Part shown: positions 20,842 to 32,886 of the stretch, in pieces
Position numbering within the stretch: the first letter of the stretch is position 1
How the letters are laid out: each line of letters starts with the position of its first letter
Origin: Pelomyxa schiedti
Taxonomy: Eukaryota > Protista > Evosea
Length of the DNA: 40,482 bases
Reading direction: 5' to 3'
NCBI GenBank assembly: GCA_020536535.1
Contig: JAHLWZ010000770.1
Coordinates: 1 to 40,482 of the forward strand
Program-made: the position numbers and the translations under genes
The notes under the pieces: model-generated
What the model saw: only the letters and a program-made list of their open reading frames with translations
What the model was told of the DNA's origin: nothing
Databases searched by the model: none

Positions 20842-21978
20842 TTAGTATTTCACTTCCTGGTATCCATCATGTTTGTGTTTCCGGCAGCAACAAATGACAA
20901 TTACAACAATCGCTACAACGACAACCAGGAGCACTACACCCGCAACCAATAATATCTGCCATAGTTCCCACCCATCATCTGATGATGGACTGCTGGATGA
21001 AGTGGCACTACTTTCACTTGTGCTCTCACTCTCGCTCTCGCTGTAGCTGTCACTCTCACTCTCACTGGTACTCTTACTAGCAGTCACACTTGTGCTTGTA
21101 CTCGTGCTTGTGCTTAAACTCTGGCTCTCGCTGGCGCTAGTGCTTGAACTCTGACTCTCGCTGGCGCTAGTGCTTACACTCATACTGGCACTCTGGCCCT
21201 CACTTGTGCTGCCACTCTCACTTTTACTTACGCTTGTTGCAATACTTGTACTCAGACTCTCACTGTTGCTAACGCTTGTACTTAAACTTGTACTAAGGCT
21301 TGTGCTGGTACTTGTACTTTCACTCACACTTGTACTCCAACTTAGACTTCTACTACTTTCACTCACACTACTACTTGATAAACTCACGCTCTCGCTTGTA
21401 CTCCCAAGTGGCTGGGAGGTGGTAAGGTTCACAACTACTGTAGGGTACGAATTAATGACATCGTTGTCACATGGTAGGGTGCTGTTCGGGTCACATGATA
21501 TACTGACTGGCATTAGGAATATTCCGTAGCACACACAGGCTTCCAAATGTTAGCAAAGCTAACTTGAAGTGCAGCATTACTATTGTTGAGGTCAGCCTCC
21601 AATATAAAATCCTGCACGTTATAACCAGTGGCATTGAGTACAGTGCCTGCCGAGAGAACCACAGCAGTGTCGACATCACTTGGAAAAGACGGGAGTGAAG
21701 ATGGCTCGGCTATATACGGGGCACTGTTTTTGGATTTCAAGTTGTTTTGGGTGAAATGCAAATTTCGAAAAAAAACAAATGTACTTTGTTCTTATGCTAG
21801 AACTCCAAGTCCACACCGAGCCGGAATCAAAAAAAGACTGAGTCCCTGCGTCGACAAAGACGCCGTATTCTGGTGGTGAGGGTACCGACGTTCCCATAAT
21901 GAGGTTTGTGCAAGTCTCCGCGGCCGCTCCATAAAGGCCGAGTAAAACCACCAGGCACAGTTCGCCAAACCGGCACAT
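20842..21978 (-). CDS. Type I membrane glycoprotein with Ser/Thr-rich stalk and GYxxV tail
   Basis: Signal peptide, Cys-containing ectodomain, ~130-aa S/T/E stalk, TM segment LWQILLVAGVVLLVVVVAIVVIVI, tail CCCRKHKHDGYQEVKY. Confidence 0.8.
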
Positions 21979-22041
21979 TTTTTTGTTTTTAGTTTCGGGT
22001 AACTGCCCAACTTGGGAAATCCGAGCGAAAAAATGGAAAAG

Positions 22042-23077
22042 TTACTCCAATAGGGTGCTATTTACACTGACAGAAGATATGGGTTCGCCACGACCACGTG
22101 CACATATACACACAACAGACCTCTTGAAGCCCAAAAAGACACCAGCACAGAGAATGATGAGGGAACCCCCGATTAGAATGCACATTTGCAGGAAGTAGAG
22201 ATGGCTGATCACAATGTCGCTGGACACAATGGAAAAGTAGGCATATGACTCGTAACTGAATAGGGAGTCAACACTCCAACCCAAGTCAGCACCCCAGTTT
22301 ATAACGCCTGTTGAAATATGGTATGCACTGATTACATAAGGATATAAATAAAATGGGCACAAGAAACCATCAGGGTATGAGCACGAGAGAACCTGGCCAA
22401 TACTGTAAGAGAAATAATCTGCATTGGCGTCATCAATGGAGGGATAGCATGGTCCGTAGCTGTGGGTATTAGTCAGTCCGGTTTTGTTTTGCATAAATTT
22501 GGTACTATCCCTAATGTCAACCTTGCAAGGAGGTTACAGGGCAACATGAAACAGGCGAAAAGGTTTACCTCAAAAACAGCTCTGTAACAGTCAGTGATGT
22601 GAGTGACACCATTTTCATCAATGTAGGATTCAGACTCTATTGTGTCAACCCCTGTTTGTCCAATTGTGTTGGGCAGCGAATTAGAGAGCCTAATCTTTTC
22701 GGGAATTGCGAAAAAAAGGGTGTTCACCCACTTTTAGCAGAAATGGTGCAATTGGCAGGATAGAAAGTGTAAGATGTCGAATCAGGGAATCCCAGGCGCC
22801 ACACGAGGCCTCCAATCAACGTGCACACCCCGAACAACAACACACAAAATACAACCACGTCCATCTTGGTCAGCCTCACGCACACAAAGCACCCGCACTT
22901 CTTTGGCCCATAAGTACGGCCCCCATCATCATCGCCTTCGCCGTCTTCGTCCTCCTCCCGGCCCTCTTGGTCTCGATAGGGCTCATCCGTCGTCTTAGGC
23001 GAAGCCGAGTGCGAGTACATCTCGGCAGTGCGCCCCCGGTCGTCGCCGGCCGAGTTGGAGCCGTACTTGGACGTCAT
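22042..23077 (-). CDS. Two-TM membrane protein with Cys-containing extracellular loop (start may be 23161)
   Basis: Three exons. TM1 VVVFCVLLFGVCTLIGGLVW, TM2 MCILIGGSLIILCAGVFLGF, five Cys in the loop. Confidence 0.7.
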
Positions 23078-23242
23078 CACAGAGATCAACCTCAATGTTT
23101 GAAGGAACGGCCAACCGTTGCTCGGAAGGGAACCAACGCAGCGCGGAAAATCAACCGACATCAACGGAAACCCTTTTCGAACCATCTGGCGAACCGTTGG
23201 TTTGTCCATCCAAAAACAAAAGAAAAAAAAGGAAGGAAGTCA

Positions 23243-26200
23243 ATGGCCGCTGTCAGGTGTGTGTCAGTAGTTCCCTGCCTCATCATGATCAATGCATAAA
23301 TAACACGGTATTTCTTTAGTTTAATTAATACCACGTATAGACCGCCAGTATTCCGACCCGTACGGGGATCTGAGTTCAAATACGCTGCCGATTTCACCAC
23401 TAACAAAGCAGTGAATTCTTTTCTTTGCGGAGGATGCAAGGCACCATGGGTTGAACCTGTTACCCACTCTGACTGTGGTGCAACATTTTGTTCTCAATGT
23501 GTTGCAAATGTACGTTTTCCATTTGTTGCATCACTTTTCTAGAAAATTAAATAAATACCTCTTTAAAACTTCATCACTGATTGTTGGATAACTTCCAAGG
23601 TCACAATATGCCCTGGATGTGAATCTCCTTGCACTGCACAGCAAATAGTTCCGTTCCGCGCTGTATCAATCCTCAATACTCTCGACAGCCTCCAAGTTTT
23701 GTGTCCAACATGCCAGAGTCCATTCCCTCGGAAAGAAGTTGTACAGCACTGGGCAAAGTGCAAGATGGGTATGAACCCTTCTTTTTTCTTTTTCCTAGCT
23801 AAAAAACGGACAGACTGCCCAAAAGGATGCGGCGAGAAGGTGGCACCTAGTGAATTCGATGAACATACTTGCCGAAATGCGCTTTTTGTTTGTCCCAGGT
23901 GTTTAGCCAGGGGAAGAAGGGATGAAATTTTATCTCCTGATCATGAGAGCATTTGTCCTTTTGGTAGTCTTCCTCTGCTTGCCTTGTCTGTTCACTGAGC
24001 AAAATAGATTGCCCAAATGGATGCGGAGCTAAATTGACAATTAAAGATGTTCCTCGGCATAATGAATTGTGCACGGAATTGGTGATTACATGTGAAAGAT
24101 GCAAGGAACAGATGAAAAGAGGGAAATACACTGTCGATCACTCACCTTTTTGCCCTATTCGTATGTATAGCTTACATTCTTTAGCTGTCCTAATACAGTT
24201 TTTTCCAGCTTGTGGATGTGGTACCCTTATTCACCCGAAATTGCTTCTGAGCCACTTCGCCTCTGGATGCAAGCTTGCCCCAATTCCCTGTCGTGGCTCC
24301 CCTCTTCTTTGCCCTTGGATAGGTTTAGATCCTTGCCTTGACAAGAAAGTTCGTTTATTTATATTGCCCACAGGTACAGTGGCACTCCGCGATGAACATG
24401 AACGTAATTGTCGTTTCCTCGCAATGTCTGATGTTCTCCAGCCACTTTTGCAAAAAGTTTCTCTGGAGGCACAATGCATAGAATACAATAAATCAGGTAA
24501 ACAGCTATGTGGACAAGATTTCTCCCGGAGGTGTCTGAGATGTTGGGACTTCAGTGGTGCAGATCTGACAGGCTGCAACTTTGAGGGCTCTGATCTTTCG
24601 CATGCAAATCTCAACCATGTGATCGCCTCTGGTGCGAACTTCGCACTTTCAAAGCTGAAGGGAGCAAATCTCGAAGGTGGAAACTTCACTGGAGCGAATT
24701 TCCAAGGGGCCAACCTTACAAAGGCGAACTTAACTGAGGCTATCATTGCGAATGCATATCTTTCAAATGTGATGCTTCAGGGAGCAAAAACAAAAGGCAC
24801 ACGCTTTACTAATTCTCGTGTTATGGGTATGCACCTCACCACAACACCATTTTTTTCACTTCCCACTAAAAAAGATGTGACTTGCCAAACTTCGACGGTA
24901 CCAGCAGCATCCACTTTTAGAGAAAACTACTGGCAGAAGTTTTCCGGTGTTGCCTTGTCCGATAACAATCGAACTGTTTCGAATTCTTGTGCTAAGAATG
25001 GTGCATCCATAATTGCAATGGTTGGAGTTAAGGTTGGGCAAAGTGCCTCCTGGAAAATAAAGCTTGTGGCTGGAAGGGATGTGTCATTTGGAGTTGCACG
25101 GAGCTCCGTGGAGCTAACCGGGACTCCTCCAACGTCAGGCTGCTGGACAGTTGGTAGAACTGCTCTTTCTGGATGCAACGTTGGGGATACCATCAAATTC
25201 TCCTTGGATAGGCTTTATGCCAATTCCCCTTTGGAAGTGAAGCTGGATATGATGGGGCCACGGATTGAAGTACCAATTGTATAGCTCCTTTTCCTGTATC
25301 TTTTGTGAGCTCACACCAAAAAAAACTCGAGACCACTGCGGAAGAAGTTTATCCATTCCTTATTTTGCCACGCCTTGGAGATCAAATTTCCGCGCAATTT
25401 GATGACCTGACTGAGCTATTACAGGATGCCAAGGATAAGCCAGTGCTAGGTGCATCAGTTTCTTCTGGTGTGCTGATCTCTCCTATCTTGTCGACAAAGA
25501 TAACATTTCCGTAGCTCCGCCTGGTGCCCGTAAGGAACCTTCAGGAAGTTCCGAGACAACTGAATGTGGTCTGCATTTCAAAATTCATTCAGTTAAATAC
25601 CTCCATTCATTTTTCTACTTTTAGCGTCATGGCAATTTGCTGAAGATACCCACGATTCTGTCATCTTCTATAATGGAAACATGTCAGTGTTGAATACAGG
25701 CACACAGCCTCAAGTTATAACTTCAACTCCAGCTTGTAGGATAAAGTGGGGAGCATGGAAGTATTGGGAAATGAAAGTACACAGACAATCAAACAAGTTC
25801 TCGGTTGGTGTTACTTGGGACGGCCTTAAACCATGTGTTGGGAAGCCTTGGGAAAAAGGATTTTGGAATTGGGAATCCTCTGGCAGGCAAGTTATTTATA
25901 TTCCTTTTTTTTTTTTATCAACCTTTACTATAAATACAAATCTTCACAACACCAGAACTTGTTGCTCCACTCCCCTTCCTCACTTTCTTTTTTTTGTTAT
26001 TTGTATTCTATTTACACTCTAATAGGACATGGGGAAACGGCTACTTCATGGAACAAAACAACGGTTTTTCAGACGGGGATACAATTGGCATATGTGTAGA
26101 GAGGCTTCACGGCTTTGGCACCCTGCTATTCACCAAGAACGGCAAAGTTCAAACCGTCATCCCAGGAGGACTAGGGATGTTCAACAGCGGCACCATAGTG

Positions 26201-26593
26201 CCGTTCGCGGTACTCGGCTGGGGCGACTGCCTCACTGCATGCTTCCGCCCCCCAGTGGACCCACTTCCCGGCTGCATCTCCCCGCTTATCACTGAAGGAC
26301 TAGAAGAAGTGGCACGGCTGGAAGCAGAAAAAGAAGCAAGAAGAGCAAAAGCGGCCGCAAAGGCAGAGGAAAAAGCGGCCCCAGCTGCCCCCACAGCAAA
26401 TGCTCCCACTGCAAAGCCGATGGTACGAGTAGAGATCAAAAAGCATGCCTCGTCATCTTCGTCTTCGTCTTCGTCTTCATCACCTCTGGTTGTACGACGA
26501 CCCATCAGGGTGGACGTCAAGATGCCTCCCAAAGTGGTGCCAAGGGGTGGCTTGGGGAAGTCATCATCGTCCTCATCAACCTCCTCTTCCTAA
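23243..26593 (+). CDS. RING + TRAF-type Zn fingers + pentapeptide repeats + two SPRY-like domains (putative E3 ligase)
   Basis: CGGC..PWVEPVTHSDCGATFCSQC..CPGC; repeated CP.GC..H..C units; A(D/N)L-type pentapeptides at ~24505-24825; SWKIK..VSFGV..GDTI and YWEMKV..FSVGV..GDTIGI..LLFTKNG. Confidence 0.85.
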
Positions 26594-26684
26594 CTTAACA
26601 AAGGTAGAAATTCGAAAAACTTTTTTGTTTTTAGAATTCCTTCTTTGCTTTTTTTATGCTCTGTGTTGGTTCCAAATTCTTTGC

Positions 26685-28310
26685 CTAGAGGTTGGCAGGT
26701 TTTCCCAGGAGGTCAGACAGAGAGGAGATGGCAAAGTCAGATGCTTGTGGTGGTACTTCTGTTGTTGTCCATGATGGTGTCAAGCTGGAGAAATTCATGC
26801 TGGGAAATGCCTGTGAATAGTCCTGCTGGTCACTGGAGGAACTGGTAGCTGAGCTGTGATTGGGGGTGTTTTCCGCGGTTGACTCGGTGTTGCTGTCAGC
26901 GGTGCTGCCACTGAAGGCCATCAAAAATTCAACAGGAATCCCTGGCCTCGCACTCTTATCCAGTGTTGGGGAAACAGCACTGTCAGGGGCGGGAATTGTC
27001 AATGGGAGTGAAGGGTGTTCCCTTTCTGTTGAGGTTGGACTTGTTGCTTTGGATGTAAGAGGGGAAAGTGAGGTTGTGGTTCCAACGGGAGATGCTGGTT
27101 TCCCTGTAGCTGAAGTGGTGCTTTCCGGCGTTGATGATGCATTTTGTGTGGTAATGACAGTGGTTTTTGCCGTTGTTATTGATATTGGGGTCTGCACTGC
27201 AGTCACCTGAGAGGTAGCGAGTGGGCTGCGTGCTCGGGAAACTTTCTTGCCAGCAGAGGAAGAGGAAGAAGAGTTGCCACTTTGACTGCTTCCACTTTTG
27301 CTGCTTTCTGACTCAGAAGAGCTTCGAGTATGTTTAGGCCGTGACTCTTTTGGTGAGGAAACTTTTTGAGAGACAGGGCTTGGGGAGTGTGGCTGGGGTG
27401 GGGTTGGCTTTGTTGAGTGGTGGGGCCTGTGGTGCTGGTGATGGTGTTTGGGTTTCTTTGAAGGACTGCTTGGAGGCTTTGTAGAAGCAGAAGCAGAAGC
27501 AGGAGCAGGAGCAGGGGGTTTTGCAGAAGAAGTTGACTTTGGTGAGGAAACAGCTGCTTCACTTGGTGTGGAATGAGATGATTTGTTTGAACTTGAATGA
27601 GAAGGAGCAACCGGCGAACTTGGTCTGAGTTTCTCCATTATATGCTTCAACCTAGACACCATCATTTAATCGGTTCTGATTTTGTTTGCCAGTGTAAATA
27701 GGTACCCTCTGGTCCAGTAGTCTGATGCAGTAGGACCCTCGGCAACCAATCTCCAAACACGTGATCCAGTCTTAAATACTATCCCAGTTACCATCTTCTC
27801 ACCAGGTTGCTTTCCTGGAAATGTATGCCAAGCAGCCACTGATTCCAAATCAATGACTCCCTTCCCAAGAGTTGTGAGTGAGTAGTTGAATAGTTACACT
27901 GCCCACCTTGCAACTCTTTTCAGAGCAAAGAGAGTCAGAGTAGTACTTCAATTTGTACAAATCTCGAGAAGAATTGCAGAACCATCTTCGTTGTGCATTG
28001 TAAAAAAAACAAAAGTTTTAGAGATTTTTTAGGTTTTTAAAAACAGGGAATTTCACCTTCTCCGCCATGTCTTGTGAACTGCACCCTCTTTCATCAACCA
28101 TCCACGTAAAACCAGCTCCTGTTTGTGTGATGTGGTGAGATAATAGATTAGAACATCCCTGCGTGCAAGGGTAGTTGGATATTTTCTTGACATTACTTCC
28201 CTGCATGGGGCACCTACCGACTTGTCCAATGTGTTCCAGCTCGTCATCCAGTGTATTCTCTGAAATAACTGAGGAATCAGTTCTGCGAACACTGAGCAGG
28301 TTCGCCACAT
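26685..28310 (-). CDS. PH-domain protein with long S/P/T-rich C-terminus (start uncertain)
   Basis: LRGWLMKEGAVHKTWRRR..F, LKYY, GVIDLESV and RVWRLVAE..SDYW across short introns. Confidence 0.82.
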
Positions 28311-28459
28311 CTCACCTGAGACTCAAAGTGCAGGCGTTTCCATTGGCATGAGGGGAACAAGATGTACATAATGCAGGGCTGAGATCCAATATGACGGCCC
28401 AGGGTTGTGTGCAAGTTGGAGAGGTCCAGATCGGCAAATTGATATTCGCCTGTGCGGAA

Positions 28460-31400
28460 ATGACGGCTGCGTTAGCGGAGAGACTGGCGGATATGTTGGT
28501 GTCGGCAGATCTGGGTGTTAATAGGGGCGTATGTGACGATGTGGGGGGATCTTCGGTTTGCGATTGGGTGCTTGTGACGCGTCGCGTGTCGGAAACAGTA
28601 TCGCTGATCAACTCTTTGCAGTGTGAAAATCGCTTCAAGTACCGTACCCCTTTCTTTGTGCTTTTTCTCCCTTCTAACGAAACAAACAAATTAGCTTTAA
28701 AGCATTCGTGGAGAGAATCAAAACAGGACCAGTGACGAATATTGTGGCTATGACGCAGCTTCACTTGTGCTCTCTGATACCCATTTGTGATTCTCTTGAG
28801 GCACTTGGTGCTTCCCATAATGCGGGTATGGGCCAGGTGCCTTTGGACCCAGCCGAGCTGCTTTCTTCACAACTCCGAGGTTTGATCTCAGCTACATTTT
28901 TCTGTCTCTGATCTGACACTATGAATAAGATATGTGCTCACACCAATGCGCTTTCTTCCATGCTCCGCTTTCACTGCTTGTCTCTATTACTTGCACTGAG
29001 AACAACTTTAGCTCAGCGGCAAAATCTCTTGCCAAGGGTAATTGAGAGCACCACTTTCTGTGACCCACAACATTGTAGATGTTATTTCGAGGATCACCGT
29101 TCCTTCATTGTCACAACCTACTTCTAGTGATGATGCACTCACAACTAATCTCATTTCTGCAATTTTTTGCACCATTACAAAATACATGGATACAGTTTTG
29201 GCAACAAAATTTTTTGAGTGGCAGGCATGTTACTGTATTTCACTCACTTTACGGCAACTGATTACCAATGGAAATCAAATTGCAGCTTTGTCAGTTTGTT
29301 TCAATTGAAGCCGACAGTTCCGAAATGAGCTCACTGGAAACTCTGGTGGCTCTTGCCAACTCCTTGAGTGTCTCCCTCAGTGACATTTCATCAACATTCC
29401 AGCTTCTGTCTGAGCATTTTGTGTCCTTTTGGGGAGCACAGCATGTGTTAGAAACAGTTTTCAAAGCCATACAGCATCACTCTCCGAATTGGATGGGCAT
29501 TTGCTCCCTTCTGGTATGCATCAAGAGAAAACCTGTTGATGAAAATTGTGGGGAGGCAAGCGCAACTGCATCATCTCAATCTAGACTAGTGTCATTTGTC
29601 AAGGAGCTACTATCAATTTCGGAACCCTACATGATGGATGTGGGTCTGATCCTAGCTCGCCTTGTACCAAACGATTGTGAGATTTCTGTTTCCACTGACA
29701 ACATGACTTCCACTTTTTACCACAAAATTTTGCACGATGTTTTTGATACAAAACGCTCAAGTCTTTCTGTTCACCGGAACAATATCCTGCAGCAATTGAT
29801 AACACTCATCCCATTTGAAGATGCTCATTTCATCAAATTACACCTCTCATTATTTTCTAAGTACAGTATGCCTTCATACTTTCTTTGGCCACATTAAACC
29901 CTAAACAAATAGCAGCTACTCAAAGTTTCCGAAATTATTGTGAGTTGGCCAAGTCCAAACTTCACACCCTTGAATCTGAATCCTCCCTGGATACTACTTT
30001 CTCAGAAGACAAGTCTGCAGCACAGGATGAAGTCGACATAGCCACAGATTATTTCGTTGATTCTGAGAAAATTCCACATGTGTTTATTCTTTGTTTTATC
30101 TTGGTTAACCACTTTTTAGTCAATACAACAATGGTGGATTGACAATCGCAAGTGGTTTGAGGTATGGATTTGCGTTGTGGAAGGCACAATGACTGATTTT
30201 CCCTCAAGCAAGAATTTACTGTGGCTTTGATGAAACCCTCACCGGATCCCCTTCGAAATGCAAATAGGAGGAAATTTATTAATGCTCTTGAAACAGGGAC
30301 CATGATACCTAAAGGCTCAGTTTCCAACTTCATTAGAAGTTGCTCCTTAGTGCGCTCTCCCGCAATATCTATGACAATGCCTCATTTTTTTCTCCCCTGT
30401 AGGTCTTGGGCAAAGACAGTGGAAAAACATCTGTTGATAGCCTGTTGAACTTTTACCTGGATTGCACTGAAAAAGCCCCAAATGAATTACCTGCTATTGC
30501 CCAAAAGGTTGAGGCAACACTGCTTGATGTCGCGGCACAATGTGATAACAAGCCCGAATGGATGAATGAAGGCACAGCTGAATGTTCTTCAAAGAATGAA
30601 ACGCATCTACTTCAGGGAATTGAGCGCGTACTGAACTGCACTTGCTTTTGTTTGGCAGTTGAAGTACAGCAAAGTGATTTCAGTAACTTATATGTATCTG
30701 ACTGATCTGTAGTCATTTCAATCACCTTTTCATCTAAGTTCTCTCTTGAGCAAAACAATAAATGGAGGGGCAGCCATATGGCCAGGATCTTGGTGCAGCA
30801 GAACCTCGTTACATACACAATGAAATACATCCATAAGCTAAGTTGCTCGGAGCAAGTAGTGTCACAGATGAATTCACTCAATCTGCATTGTATTTCTCTT
30901 ATTTTATTGAATATAGAGAAGAGTCGCACTGAATCCCTACATAATGTTTTTCCCTCTTGGCCAAGTTGTAAACACTAATTCACTCCATAGTTACTTTTGG
31001 AAATGCACATCAATTCTGATTCGTCACTGGCCTTTCTGGCAAGGCTTTGTGCGAGTCTCCTATGTGCAAGTTACAGCAAGAATAAAGGAGGGAGTGGTCC
31101 ACCTGGTGATGATATTCCCTCTTTAGTGCCGCAGTTGCTATGGTGGTCATGGCAAAGGTTAAAACAGTTTCCAGTGTATAACTCACTGTTGGCTTACAGA
31201 ATTCATTGTTACAAGTTACCCCCGGAACCAGTGGCTGAAGCACAACGTCACCTTTCTAATCTTTTGTCCAATGATTCTATGAGAACTTTGATTCTATCAT
31301 ATGGATATTTACCACTCGACACTTGGCTGCATTATGAGTGCGAACTATCTGTCATGCCACTTGGTTGAACAAGTTTTTTCAGATTGGAACTTGACAGTTC

Positions 31401-32779
31401 GGTGCCCGAACTTCAGCAGTTAACAGTATTGCAAAACTGGATTAATGAAGCATACGTTGGTAATCCTAGACCTCAGTCTTTGAAACCTCTTTTCAGTGGT
31501 TTATGTGATGCATTCCTTAGGATGCGCATGGATAATAAGTTGGACTCTAAGAAGCAACCCTTTATTCTAAATCTCTCTTAGCAATCACCATGGCATCAAT
31601 CCCGGTCCCATGGCATCCATTTTGTTGATTTTGCAAAAGCTTGCAATAACTATATCGAGTACCGAAATGCAAACTGATACTCCAATCCTTCATCCCATCC
31701 TGCCTTGCTTAGGTATCGATTCTTCAAGGGGGTTTCAGAAATGATAAATTTCCAGAATCTGGTTGCTGCGGGTGCTCCTCTGTGGAGTTGCAGGACCGAT
31801 ATGAGTTCCTAGTCGTTTTTCCTGCGCACCTCTTCTTTTTACCCTGTACATCTGCATCTCCTTCTCTGGATGTATTGACCTCAGTAATGAGTTTTGTCAA
31901 GAGCCATTTACCTTTGCTGGACCCAACATCCCCAATATGTATTTCTTCCCTTTGCTTTTTTATGCACTGATATCCTCAGACAGCCCTCTGATTGAATTCC
32001 TCATTAGAGGCATCTCAGAAGTATTACTGATACACAACACCCCTGTATTTTCAACTTTTCGTTTCTCCGCATCTTACTTTTTCCGTTTCTTCCAGAACGT
32101 TCTCTCCATGTTTACGGGGGTACTAGAGGGTATTCCTCATCTTATTTCCGCATCTGCTGCGTGCATAGTTGCACTTCCACCGTTCTTGTATGACAATCCG
32201 TTTGACCTTGTGCACTGGACCCGGATTTCCACCAACCACGTTGTTCAGCAATATCTTAGTATCAAGGTTGAAGAGCTTGAGCTGATCAACCCGCCCCCAG
32301 AGGTAACAGTTTCTATCACATCACCTCACGATTTTCTCACCACCCAAACTTAGCTCGTCCCTGTTGCGGCACTCTCCTTCGTTCTGTGTATTTGCATACA
32401 AGCCAGCACACTTCATTGTGAGATTGTAGTACCAACCACAGCCAAGACGGGTGTTTCCTTTCCCCCCATCAGCACTTCAGACGCCAGCCTGGCCAGCCAC
32501 GTTGCTGGAAGTGCACTGGAAATGCTCCGGACTCACAAGAACATGCCCCCTTTGGTTCAACAAATACTCGGCAGTGCCGTAATCGCATCCATCAAAAAGC
32601 ACCCCAAGGCAACACTGCTCAAGTTGCTGGGGGACGGCACATGCCCACCAGATACTTCCGCAATCGAGGTGATCAAGCCACTGTGTGACGTAATGCTTAC
32701 AGCACACGAAAGGAAGAAAATTGTGGACTCTTTGGCTCCTTGTTACCCTGAGTCTTGGTCTGTAGTGCTCTTGTTGTAA
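28460..32779 (+). CDS. FANCA: Fanconi anaemia group A (FANCA)-like large helical protein, multi-exon
   Basis: Ordered blocks match FANCA as recalled: PNWMGICSLL, LILARL, LITLIPFEDAHFIKLHL, FRNYCELAKSKL, AQDEVDIA..F...KIP, NRRKFINAL...IP and DTWLHYELEL. Confidence 0.72.
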
Positions 32780-32886
32780 AGTTGTAAAGTCAAAGAGATA
32801 ACATAACATTCCCCACATTTTTAAACTGTGGCATTCTTCTTAACACCCAGCATTTTGTGTGTCCCTTTTTCAATTTGTGGCAAGTT

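Noticed and set aside
24231-24746. Long antisense ORFs here and at 11145-11810, 21170-21529 and 9642-9989
   Set aside because: Shadows of repetitive or low-complexity sense coding sequence.
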